DNA of 50,077 bases, from sequence record DRR723986_593. One strand, written 5' to 3'. The notes below the pieces were generated by a model. That model saw only the letters and a list, made by a program, of their open reading frames with translations. It had not been told where the DNA came from and did not search any database. Below are positions 11,404-19,972 of the stretch, piece after piece. The translations under genes were made by a program, and so were the position numbers. Position 1 is the first letter of the stretch, and every line of letters starts with the position of its first letter.

Positions 11404-12900
11404 CTAGCCTTTCCGCACCTTCTGCTGGAACGACAGGACAATGAATTCCGCCGGCCGCAAGAGCGAAACCTTCACCACGACGTTCATGCAACCGGCCTGA
11501 ACATCGGCGCCCGTCATCGTCGTCCCAAGGCCGACTTCGACACCGTAGGCATCTTCTGACGAAGCGCCCGCGAGAGCCCCTTGTTTCCATAGCCCGTTCA
11601 GGAAATTTTCGATCACCGATTTCACCATAAGCCAGGTCGGAGCGGTGTTTGGCGCAAAGACAAAAGGATCCAGCGCCGCCTTGATCGATTGTTCCAGCAT
11701 GATCGCGGTTCGGCGGATATTCACATAGCGCCATTCCGAGCTGTTACCGTCCAGCGTGCGTGCTCCCCACACCACATTACCTCGCTCGGGAAACGACCGG
11801 ATCGCGTTCACGGCTTTTCCGTCCAACGGAGTGTTCAGGTCTTCCTGCTCAGCATCGGAAATGGATACGCAAGGCGACACGACTGAATTAAGGCTGAGAT
11901 TTGCCGGCGCTTTCCAGACACCATCCTGGGCGTCTGTCGCTGCATATGCACCTGCCAACGCGCCTGACGGAGGCATGACACTTACTGCTTTTACAGCTTG
12001 CGAGAGAAGCTCGTTGTAGCGCTTTGAAAGACCCCGCATGATCTTGTGAGTAGTGCATTTCTCCTCTTCGGAGATGTCGTCGCCCTCCAGTGATTTCACC
12101 GCCTTATCGAAAGCGGCTTTCCGGGCCTCATTGGCCTGAATGGCAGTCTCCTGGCCAACATGTTCGAAGAAGGCCTTGCGCGTACCAGCCGAAACATTTT
12201 CAAAGGTTATCGACCCCGCACCAAAGTGAGACGTATTCAACCAGGGATAATAGGCAGCAGCAAAGCTCATATCTTCCGCTGCGAGTAAGGTGCGCAGGCC
12301 GCTTTTTCCCGAGATCACGTCATTCTCGTCCAAAGTTCGCTCCCTGTTCCCATCGAACACGTCGACAATGGCGAAACGGTTTTGCAAGTCTGTACAATGG
12401 GAGAGGCATCTATTGCTGACGGTCTCGTACTCTTCTGACGACAACAACACCGCGTCGGGTATCACGATGACCGACGGTTCCTGCAGCTTGGCGAGCTCTC
12501 GCCAGACAGGTTCGCCGAAATCCTCCACGGACTTGGTGAGAACGGGCTCTCCCGCGCCGTAACATCCAACCGACAGGATCCAGCAACCATGTCCTCCATT
12601 TTCGAAGAAAAGTCCCATGGCCGCATGCAAATTGAAGCGGCTTGCTTCCTCCACGTCCAGAGCCGGCTTTCCATCCTGCAGGCTGAAGTCGAAACGAAAC
12701 ATGGGCCCCACGCCGAAACGGGCCTCGAATTCCGACATCGAGGAGATCCGCACCGGAATGCCGGTCACATCCTTGCCATCCACAATTGCTGTTTCTGTGT
12801 AGCCGACAAAGACCGCAACGCTCGTCGGGACCTGCACGACCGTGTTTGGGAAGGAGTTCAGCTCGGTGACATAAACACCCGGGGCCTCATACTTCTTCAT
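11404..12900 (-). CDS. Contractile tail sheath protein, eCIS (Afp2/3/4-like) type, orphan
   Basis: PGVYVTE..FPN.VV.V.T.V.VFVGYTE N-terminus, AAYYPWL, PPSGALAG..GVWKAPAN, VWGARTLDGNS..WRYVNIRR, FAPN and C-terminal RPAEFI. SD GAGGAAG. Confidence 0.92.
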   Translation of the reverse strand: MKKYEAPGVYVTELNSFPNTVVQVPTSVAVFVGYTETAIVDGKDVTGIPVRISSMSEFEARFGVGPMFRFDFSLQDGKPALDVEEASRFNLHAAMGLFFENGGHGCWILSVGCYGAGEPVLTKSVEDFGEPVWRELAKLQEPSVIVIPDAVLLSSEEYETVSNRCLSHCTDLQNRFAIVDVFDGNRERTLDENDVISGKSGLRTLLAAEDMSFAAAYYPWLNTSHFGAGSITFENVSAGTRKAFFEHVGQETAIQANEARKAAFDKAVKSLEGDDISEEEKCTTHKIMRGLSKRYNELLSQAVKAVSVMPPSGALAGAYAATDAQDGVWKAPANLSLNSVVSPCVSISDAEQEDLNTPLDGKAVNAIRSFPERGNVVWGARTLDGNSSEWRYVNIRRTAIMLEQSIKAALDPFVFAPNTAPTWLMVKSVIENFLNGLWKQGALAGASSEDAYGVEVGLGTTMTGADVQAGCMNVVVKVSLLRPAEFIVLSFQQKVRKG

Positions 12901-12921
12901 TGCTCTCTTCCTCGTAGCGCG

Positions 12922-12980
12922 TCATCCGGCAGGAGCTTGATAAGCCTGACAGGTTCAAGCTCCCACAGTCGTGCCGGTGA
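12922..12980 (-). promoter_or_regulatory. Extended inverted repeat or RNA stem in the sheath leader
   Basis: GGAGCTTGA (12932-40) with TCAAGCTCC (12955-63), continued by CCGGCA (12926-31) with TGCCGG (12972-77) across an 8-nt bulge. Confidence 0.55.
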
Positions 12981-13084
12981 GCAAAGGACTTTCTGCCTCA
13001 AGTTGCAGATGCTCCATGAAGCACCCTTCGCCTCAATCTGACGCTCAAGGATCGCAAATGCGAAGCCGATAGTATCTTGACTGA

Positions 13085-13113
13085 TTGTGGGCACTTAACC
13101 TGTCGGATAACGT
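13085..13113 (+). promoter_or_regulatory. Candidate sigma70 promoter giving a leaderless Na/Pi cotransporter mRNA
   Basis: TTGTGG-17 nt-TAACGT-6 nt-ATG, with no SD before ATG 13120. Confidence 0.4.
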
Positions 13114-13119
13114 GCCTGC

Positions 13120-14736
13120 ATGTTTTTGAGTTTCATGTCCGCGCTTGGTGGCGTCGGGTTGTTTCTGATCGGTATGCTGCTACTGACCGACGGGCTGAAA
13201 GCCTTGGCGGCACAGCGCATGCGCGACGTATTGTCCAGGTTTACCTCAACGCCCTTGTCGGGCGCCGTGACGGGTGCTCTCACCACCGCAGTCATCCAGT
13301 CATCCAGTGCAACCACAGTTGCCGCTGTCGGCTTTGTCGCTTCCGGCCTCCTCACCTTTCCCCAGGCGCTCGGCGTCATCTTCGGTGCCAACGTCGGCAC
13401 GACCCTGACAGGGTGGCTGGTTGCGGTTCTCGGCTTCAAGCTGGATCTTGGCCAGATCGCCCTGCCCTTCGTGTTTTTTAGCGCGATTGCGCGGCTGGCA
13501 TTCCGTGGCCGGATCGCACTCGCAGGCCAGGCGCTCGCGGGCTTTTGCCTGATCTTTATCGGCATCGAACACATGAAAGACGGTCTGGACGCCTTCAGCG
13601 GCGTGGTAACCCCGACCGACTTTCCGCCGGACACACTCTTCGGCCGGCTGCAGCTGGTGTTGATCGGCATGCTGATCACCGTCGTGACACAGTCCTCCAG
13701 CGCAGGCGTTGCAACGGCGCTGGCTGCGCTTGGCGCCGGTGCGATCAACTTTCCGCAAGCAGCGGCGCTGGTAATCGGCATGGACGTCGGAACCACATTT
13801 ACGGCAGCTTTGGCGACCATCGGCGGTGGCACCATGGCCCGACGTACGGGCTATGCGCATGTGATCTACAACGTCATGACCGGTGTCATGGCGTTTTTCC
13901 TTTTAGGGCCGTTTCAACTTGTGGCCGGCGCGTTGACCGGAAACGGCGACAGCCAGATTGCGCTTGTCGCATTTCACAGTTTCTTCAATGCGCTCGGCGT
14001 CGTCTTGGTGCTTCCACTTGCGCGGCCATTCGCCCGGCTGATCGAACATCTCGTTCCCGAAAAAGGCTCCGATCTGACCAGCCGTCTGGATCCGCTCGTA
14101 TTGCGGGACCCGCACGCAGCCGCGTCCCTGGCGGGGCAGACCGTCGCACATCTGGAAACCTTGATCATCGAACGCCTGCGCAGTCGGTTGGGCGCAAAGT
14201 CATCTGCTTATGAAGAACTGGATCGGGAGGACCTGGCCAAGGCCATCGCAGAAGCACGGACATATCTGGACAAGATCATCGTTCCGCCGAACGACATGGC
14301 CTTTCAGGAGGAACTGAAAGGCCTGTTTCACATTCTCGACCATTTGAGCCGCCTTCTCTACCGTTGCGACCAGCGGCAGAGGATCGACGAGCTGTCCTTG
14401 GATCACCGGCTCAAGCGCCTGGCGGGCCTGCTTCTCGGCGTTACGGACATTTCCACCAGACAGAAGGACGCCAAGACACAGGAGAAGACGCTGGACCGGT
14501 TGCGGCTGCTGATGCGCCGACAACGCCGCCTCAATCGTGACCGGCTGATTGCAATGGCCGCTGCCGATGCAGTCCCGGCGGAAACAGTCTGGCTGAAACT
14601 GGATGCCCTGCGCTGGCTGCACAGGGTTTCCTATCACCTGTGGCGGATCCGGTTGCACCAGAATGTGCTTCTGGATGCGAACCGGGATCTGGCCTCGACT
14701 GTCGAAGAAGCCCGAATAGACGTCGACCAGGATTAA
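13120..14736 (+). CDS. Na/Pi cotransporter family protein (YjbB/NptA-like)
   Basis: Duplicated QSSSAT / QSSSAG signatures, GANVGTT and GMDVGTT, and a helical C-terminal region. Confidence 0.92.
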   Translation: MFLSFMSALGGVGLFLIGMLLLTDGLKALAAQRMRDVLSRFTSTPLSGAVTGALTTAVIQSSSATTVAAVGFVASGLLTFPQALGVIFGANVGTTLTGWLVAVLGFKLDLGQIALPFVFFSAIARLAFRGRIALAGQALAGFCLIFIGIEHMKDGLDAFSGVVTPTDFPPDTLFGRLQLVLIGMLITVVTQSSSAGVATALAALGAGAINFPQAAALVIGMDVGTTFTAALATIGGGTMARRTGYAHVIYNVMTGVMAFFLLGPFQLVAGALTGNGDSQIALVAFHSFFNALGVVLVLPLARPFARLIEHLVPEKGSDLTSRLDPLVLRDPHAAASLAGQTVAHLETLIIERLRSRLGAKSSAYEELDREDLAKAIAEARTYLDKIIVPPNDMAFQEELKGLFHILDHLSRLLYRCDQRQRIDELSLDHRLKRLAGLLLGVTDISTRQKDAKTQEKTLDRLRLLMRRQRRLNRDRLIAMAAADAVPAETVWLKLDALRWLHRVSYHLWRIRLHQNVLLDANRDLASTVEEARIDVDQD

Positions 14737-14767
14737 TCGGCGTTGGCCATCGGCCGATCACGCGCCG

Positions 14768-15526
14768 TCAGGCAGCGGACCGGTCGATGATGACGTGATT
14801 TTCGCCGCGCGAACAGGCCTCCACGCGCGCCTCCACACGGTAGATGTCACGCAGCATCGCTGACGTGATGACATCTTCGGACGGGCCGGCGTCAACGAGA
14901 CGCCCTTCGGCAATCACCATGGTGTTCCGGCAGAACCGCAGGGCATGATTGAGATCGTGCAAGGCAATCAGAACCAGGGTGCCCTGGCGGCGTGCCAGAT
15001 CGCGCATAAAGTTCAGAACCTCGACCTGCCGGTAGAGATCCAGCGCGGAGGTCGGTTCGTCCATCATCAACACTTCTGGACGGCGTACCAGTGCCTGCGC
15101 AATCGAAACCAGCTGACGCTGACCGCCGGAGAGTTCGCCAAGGTTCCGGAACGCCAGGCTATCGATCTGAAGCGCCTTCAGGATCTGGTCGATTTCGACG
15201 AGTTCAGAGTCCTTTACACGCCAGCCCTCACCCTGTTTGGCAGCCAGCAAAACGGATTCATAAACCGTCAGGACGGCATTGGCGTGGGTATCCTGGGGCA
15301 TGTAGCGGATGGCATCCCGGGGCGCTGCCCGGTTGCCGGCCAGCACGACATCGCCGGGGCCCTTCAATAGACCGGAGATGCGCTTGAACAAGGTCGATTT
15401 GCCGGCCGCGTTGGGACCGATCACCGCTGTCAGTTCACCGCCGGAGAAGACCGGTGTCGTGACCCCTTCGACCGCAAGAGTGGAGCCATAGCGTGCGCCA
15501 ACCCCTTTCAGCTGCAACGTTACCAT
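14768..15526 (-). CDS. Iron/siderophore-type ABC transporter ATP-binding protein
   Basis: GPNAAGKST, LSGGQRQ, MMDEPTSALD and LHDLN motifs. Start overlaps the permease stop. Confidence 0.93.
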   Translation of the reverse strand: MVTLQLKGVGARYGSTLAVEGVTTPVFSGGELTAVIGPNAAGKSTLFKRISGLLKGPGDVVLAGNRAAPRDAIRYMPQDTHANAVLTVYESVLLAAKQGEGWRVKDSELVEIDQILKALQIDSLAFRNLGELSGGQRQLVSIAQALVRRPEVLMMDEPTSALDLYRQVEVLNFMRDLARRQGTLVLIALHDLNHALRFCRNTMVIAEGRLVDAGPSEDVITSAMLRDIYRVEARVEACSRGENHVIIDRSAA

Positions 15527-16584
15527 GACTGCCTCCGGTCCGCGAAAATGAGCGCGAAGAAGAATGGAACCCCGACAAGCGCGGTGATGACGCCGATGGG
15601 CAGGATCGCCCCCGGAAGAATGATCTTGGAAACGACCGAAGTTGCCGACAACATCAAGGAACCGCACAAGATGGCCGCAGGCAGGAAGAAACGCTGGTCT
15701 TCTCCGACCAGCATCCGGGCAATGTGCGGTCCGACAAGCCCGACGAACCCGATCGTCCCGACAAAGGACACGGGGATCGCCGCCAGCAGGCTGACGCCGA
15801 GCAGCGTTTTCAGCCGAAGCGACCTGATGTTAACGCCGAAACTCGCCGCCTTGACGTCGCCGAGCCGAAGGGCTGTCAGAGCCCAGGAATGCCGCGCGAA
15901 GAACGGAACGCAGACAACAAGAATGATGAAGGTCGCCAGAACCTTGCCCCATGTCGCCTTGGTCAGCGACCCCATGGTCCAGAAGACGACCGCAGCCAGC
16001 GCCTGTTCGGAAGCAAGATATTCCAGCAGCGACAGCAGGGCGTTGAACGTGAACACCAACGCGATCCCCAGAAGAACGATGGTCTGAACAGTCACGCCCC
16101 GTACCGTGGACAGCAGATAGATGAACAGCGAAGCCGCCATGGCCATCAGGAAAGCATTGATCGGGACCATGTATTGCACTGCGGCCGGAAAGATCGAGAC
16201 GCCGGCGACAAGACCCAGGGCCGCGCCAAAGCTGGCAGCAGCGGAGATGCCTAGCGTGAAGGGGCTGGCCAGCGGATTGGCAAGGATCGTCTGCATCTGC
16301 GCACCCGCAAGGGACAGGCAGGCCCCAACGGTGATCGCCATCAGCGCGATCGGCATGCGAATGTCCCATAGGACGACGCGTGTCTGCAGATCGGCGCCGG
16401 ACGGATTAACCAGGGCGGAAAGCACTTCCGACAGCGGATAGCGGGCCGGTCCGAGGGCCAGATCCAAAGAAAAGCTGAACGCCAGAGCGACGATCAGCCC
16501 GCAAATAACCAGAATGCGCCTGAACGCAAGGGCGCGGTAAAGACCGCGCCCCTCCTCAGCCGGAATGATTTCCGAAACCGCCAT
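15520..16584 (-). CDS. FecCD-family ABC permease
   Basis: MQTILANPLASPFTLGIS and FVGTIGFVGLVGPHIAR motifs; hydrophobic. Confidence 0.94.
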   Translation of the reverse strand: MAVSEIIPAEEGRGLYRALAFRRILVICGLIVALAFSFSLDLALGPARYPLSEVLSALVNPSGADLQTRVVLWDIRMPIALMAITVGACLSLAGAQMQTILANPLASPFTLGISAAASFGAALGLVAGVSIFPAAVQYMVPINAFLMAMAASLFIYLLSTVRGVTVQTIVLLGIALVFTFNALLSLLEYLASEQALAAVVFWTMGSLTKATWGKVLATFIILVVCVPFFARHSWALTALRLGDVKAASFGVNIRSLRLKTLLGVSLLAAIPVSFVGTIGFVGLVGPHIARMLVGEDQRFFLPAAILCGSLMLSATSVVSKIILPGAILPIGVITALVGVPFFFALIFADRRQSW

Positions 16585-16585
16585 C

Positions 16586-17725
16586 TTATTTACTCGAGTT
16601 CAGCGAAACGAAGTAGCCTGGCCGGTAGTCGATCGGCAGGAAGCGGTCGTGCAATTCCTGGAAAGTCGCTTCCGGGTCAAGGTCAGCAAAGAGCTCCGGA
16701 TGCAGCCATTTGGCGATCTGCTGAACAGCGACGAACTGGTAAGGGCTGTTGTAGAACTGGTGCCAGATGGCATGGACATTGTTGTCCCGGACCGCCTTGA
16801 CGCCAGTAAAGCCCGGACGTTCCATCAGGCCCGCCAGCTTGTCCGAAGATACTTCCGGATCCGCGCCGGCGCCGACACCAACCCAATTCCCGCCGGGAAC
16901 ATACAGCTCCCAGTTTGCACCGGTCACGATGATCTGGTCCGGATCGGACGCGATGATCTGCTCCGGGTTCACGGTGCCGAAGGTGCCGGGAATGATCTCG
17001 GCAGCCATGTTGATGCCACCGGCCATTTCAACCATCTTGCCGAAATTCTCGTTGCCGAACGACATGCAGCAATCATCGGAATAGCCGCCTGCACGCTCCA
17101 CGAACACAACGGGTTTCGCGAGATCTGACTGTGCCGCCAGCTTGTCGGTCACCTTGGCGATCTCGGCTGCCCGGAATTCGATGAATTCCTCGGCCTTGTC
17201 TTCCTTGCCGTAGAGCTTGCCGATCAGGCGCATGGACGGCTCGGTGTTTTCCATCGGCTTTTCGCGGAAGTCGACATAGACAACCGGAATGCCGACCTTG
17301 CCGAGTTTCTCGATGTAGCCGCCTTCTTCGGTGGCAACCTTGGCGTCGAGGTTCAGGATGATCACGTCCGGCTGGAGTGCAACGGCCTGCTCGACATCGA
17401 AAGTGCCGTTCTTCATGCCGCCGAAAGTCGGCAGATCGGCCATTTCCGGGTACTTCTCGAGATACTGATGGTATCCGTCGTTGTCCGCCTTCTCGAAATC
17501 GTCTCGCCAGCCGACGACACGTTTGAAGGGGTCTTCACCATCCAGCGCGGCGGTGAAATAGATCTGGCGCCCTTCGCCCAGGATGACCTTTTCCACCGGC
17601 ACTTCGACCTCGACCTCACGGCCGGTAATATCCGTGACCGTTACCACGTCGCCGGCAAGTGCCATTGCCGGAAGAAAAGTAGCTGTTACCAGCAAAGATG
17701 CTGCCAAGCTTTTGATTTTGCTCAC
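16586..17725 (-). CDS. Periplasmic iron/metal-chelate binding protein (class III SBP)
   Basis: Signal peptide, TDITGREV, LQPDVII and IWHQFYNSPY motifs. First gene of the FecCD-type operon; GTG start. Confidence 0.9.
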   Translation of the reverse strand: MSKIKSLAASLLVTATFLPAMALAGDVVTVTDITGREVEVEVPVEKVILGEGRQIYFTAALDGEDPFKRVVGWRDDFEKADNDGYHQYLEKYPEMADLPTFGGMKNGTFDVEQAVALQPDVIILNLDAKVATEEGGYIEKLGKVGIPVVYVDFREKPMENTEPSMRLIGKLYGKEDKAEEFIEFRAAEIAKVTDKLAAQSDLAKPVVFVERAGGYSDDCCMSFGNENFGKMVEMAGGINMAAEIIPGTFGTVNPEQIIASDPDQIIVTGANWELYVPGGNWVGVGAGADPEVSSDKLAGLMERPGFTGVKAVRDNNVHAIWHQFYNSPYQFVAVQQIAKWLHPELFADLDPEATFQELHDRFLPIDYRPGYFVSLNSSK

Positions 17726-17786
17726 ATCCGCCTCGATTTTTTATTGAGGTTATAAGTTGAGTTTTAAATTCTTGTTTTTGGTATTT

Positions 17787-17809
17787 TTCCTGAGTATATG
17801 AGTCAAGAA
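17787..17809. promoter_or_regulatory. IRO/iron-Rhodo-like box (TGA-N9-TCA; RirA/IscR-type)
   Basis: TTCCTGA-GTATATGAG-TCAAGAA imperfect palindrome in an AT-rich divergent intergenic region. Confidence 0.65.
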
Positions 17810-17815
17810 TTATCT

Positions 17816-17832
17816 TTTGGAATGGTTCCAAG
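17816..17832. promoter_or_regulatory. Irr iron control element (ICE)-like site
   Basis: TTTGGAA-TGG-TTCCAAG matches TTTRGAAYNRTTCYAAA except at the last base. Confidence 0.7.
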
Positions 17833-17852
17833 CAACCGGAGCAATACGCCTG

Positions 17853-18650
17853 ATGAGCGACGCAGACACACTGTCGAATTTCGATCTGCGTGAAGAAATC
17901 AAGGAATACTGGGGCAAGCGGGCCGAGACCTTCGACACCCAGCCGGGCCACGAGATTTTTTCCGACGAAGAGCACACCGCCTGGATAAGGCTGTTCGAAA
18001 AACATCTGGGCCCGGGCGGCTCCAGGCGCGTTCTTGACCTTGCTTCCGGAACCGGTGTCATCTCGCACCTGCTCGACGATCTCGGCTTTGAGGTGACCGG
18101 CATGGACTGGGCGGAACCCATGCTTGCCAAGGCCCGAGAAAAGGCGAGGAAACGCGGGCGCACGATCCGCTTTCTGCTTGGCGATGCCGAACGCACGATG
18201 GAAGCGTCCGAAAGCTACGATGCCATAACCTGCCGGCACCTTGTCTGGACCCTGGTCGACCCTGCGGCCGCCTTTGCAGAATGGCACCGGGTGCTGAAAC
18301 CGGGAGGACAGCTGCTCGTCGTCGACGGAGACTTTGTCAATCCTGGCTGGTTCGCAAAGTTGCTCGCAACGTTTTCAAAAACTCGTGCTCGCTTCGGATT
18401 GCTCGCGCAACCGGAAGCAAAACCGGCAGACATGATGGAAACACATCGCAGCATCCTGTCCCGCGTTCATTTCTCGCGGGGAGCAAGGGCAGAAGCAGTC
18501 GTGGAGCTATTGCAACAGGCCGGCTTCTCTCAAATCGTTGTCGATACGGACCTGAAAGCCGTTCACCGGGCACAACGGCGTCACCTGCCTTTCTTCAAGG
18601 GTCTGGAGAGGGCAACGCAGCACCGCTACGCAATCTGTGCCAGGAAATGA
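17853..18650 (+). CDS. Class I SAM-dependent methyltransferase
   Basis: VLDLASGTG motif I, GDAE, YDAITCRHLVWTL and EWHRVLKPGG. Confidence 0.92.
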   Translation: MSDADTLSNFDLREEIKEYWGKRAETFDTQPGHEIFSDEEHTAWIRLFEKHLGPGGSRRVLDLASGTGVISHLLDDLGFEVTGMDWAEPMLAKAREKARKRGRTIRFLLGDAERTMEASESYDAITCRHLVWTLVDPAAAFAEWHRVLKPGGQLLVVDGDFVNPGWFAKLLATFSKTRARFGLLAQPEAKPADMMETHRSILSRVHFSRGARAEAVVELLQQAGFSQIVVDTDLKAVHRAQRRHLPFFKGLERATQHRYAICARK

Positions 18651-18788
18651 ACCACCCGACCTGGGGCGCCGATTTGAATACCAAACCAACTATTCTTGAC
18701 ATGGTGAAAGAATTATTACCTTCAGTATAGCAGAAGCAATAAAGGCAACTCAAAACACCTAGGCCAAACTACTTAAACTTACAATTGC

Positions 18789-18813
18789 AAGAATAAATTG
18801 AACTTTTATTCTT
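18789..18813. promoter_or_regulatory. Operator-like palindrome upstream of the FecR-domain gene
   Basis: AAGAATAAA-TTGAACT-TTTATTCTT, perfect 9-bp arms. Confidence 0.5.
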
Positions 18814-18874
18814 CACCCTACGTTAAGCCGGTATCGATAAGAGTGGATGACAACACAACAATCGAGTATTGCCG

Positions 18875-19942
18875 ATGTACGCCGGCCACGCTGTTTACTG
18901 CCTTCCTTTTAACAGCCTTCCGGCCTTGTGCAGGACACTGAAAACTCGTTCTGCAGCTGTTCTGCTGGCTCTGCTGCTTATTCCCCTGTCTGCAGGACTG
19001 ACAAAAGCTTTTGCAGCCGAATGGGTGATCACACGGATTTCCGGAACGGTTTATCTCGTTGCACCAGGCATTCAGGCGCATCGGGCAAGCAAGGGGATGG
19101 CACTTCACAAGGGCCACACCATCGCGACGCGAAAGGGTGCACGCGCCGTGCTTCAACGAGGCAAGGACAGCATCACGGTCGGTCCGAACACGGAATTTGC
19201 GCTTTCGCAATTTCGCAGTAACGACAGCCAGACCACGCTGCTTCAACGCAAGGGAACGATCGATGTCGATGTCGAGACCCGCGGCAGACCGTTTTTCAGG
19301 GTTGAAACGCCTTATCTTGCAGCCGTCGTCAAGGGAACCCGCTTTTCGGTAACCGTAACCGGCAACGAAAGCCAGGTTTCGGTTCAGCGCGGCGTCGTTG
19401 GTGTTCAGGATCTTGCATCCGGGCAGCAAAGCGACCTGCGTGCAGGCCAAAGCGTCCAAAGCGCACCGGGGAAGTTCAACGGTCTCAAATCCGTCGGCAA
19501 GAGCCGCGCCGCCATCCAGCAAGGTACACCTCGCAAGCCCAGCTTCGGCGATACCCCGGCAAGCCTCTCACCTGCGGGCTCAAAAGCTCAGAACACCACC
19601 ACCAGCGGGCGTGACAATGCCGCTAGCGGTAACGGCAACGCAAATGCCTCCTCCGGCAACTCGGGTGATCGCGGGCCGAGTGGTAACGCCAATGAGAATT
19701 CAAGCGGGAACTCGGGCGGGAATTCGGGCGGAAACTCTGGTGGAAACTCTGGCACAAATTCCAGTGGAAACTCTGGTGGTAACGCCGGCTCCGGTTCTGG
19801 TAACGCCGGTTCCGCAGGCGCCTCAAACAGCGGCGGGGCAAGCGCCGGCGCGTCAGCTGGCGGGACCAGCGCAGGCGCATCTGCCGGAAACGGTGGAGCA
19901 AACGCAAATGCCGCTGGCGCCGGAGCTTCTGCCGGACGCTAA
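18875..19942 (+). CDS. Exported FecR-domain protein with Gly/Ser/Asn/Ala-rich tail (start uncertain)
   Basis: Signal-like hydrophobic segment, FRVETPYLAAVVKGTRFSVTV...VSVQRGVVGV FecR-type motif, low-complexity C-terminus. Confidence 0.8.
   Translation: MYAGHAVYCLPFNSLPALCRTLKTRSAAVLLALLLIPLSAGLTKAFAAEWVITRISGTVYLVAPGIQAHRASKGMALHKGHTIATRKGARAVLQRGKDSITVGPNTEFALSQFRSNDSQTTLLQRKGTIDVDVETRGRPFFRVETPYLAAVVKGTRFSVTVTGNESQVSVQRGVVGVQDLASGQQSDLRAGQSVQSAPGKFNGLKSVGKSRAAIQQGTPRKPSFGDTPASLSPAGSKAQNTTTSGRDNAASGNGNANASSGNSGDRGPSGNANENSSGNSGGNSGGNSGGNSGTNSSGNSGGNAGSGSGNAGSAGASNSGGASAGASAGGTSAGASAGNGGANANAAGAGASAGR
19697..19792 (+). repeat. Degenerate 12-bp tandem repeat, about 8 units, encoding N-S-G-G variants
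   Basis: AATTCAAGCGGG AACTCGGGCGGG AATTCGGGCGGA AACTCTGGTGGA AACTCTGGCACA AATTCCAGTGGA AACTCTGGTGGT AACGCCGGCTCC. Confidence 0.85.
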
Positions 19943-19972
19943 CCTTCTCTCGCTCTTTCCGAATTCCGCTCT

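Noticed and set aside
11404-12900. Prophage or T6SS locus
   Set aside because: No other phage or T6SS gene is in the window, and the motifs are of the single-chain phage/eCIS sheath type, not TssB/TssC.
12897-13094. 65-aa ORF with an ATGA overlap onto the sheath start, as a possible leader or tube-like gene
   Set aside because: The overlap follows automatically from ATG-AAG. It has no SD, no resemblance to tube proteins, and spans the divergent promoter.
17726-17852. Cobalamin riboswitch ahead of the FecCD/BtuCD-like transporter
   Set aside because: The region is short and AT-rich with no B12-box features. Iron-regulator boxes explain it better.
19697-19792. CRISPR-like array
   Set aside because: Contiguous 12-bp in-frame coding repeats without spacers, and no cas genes.
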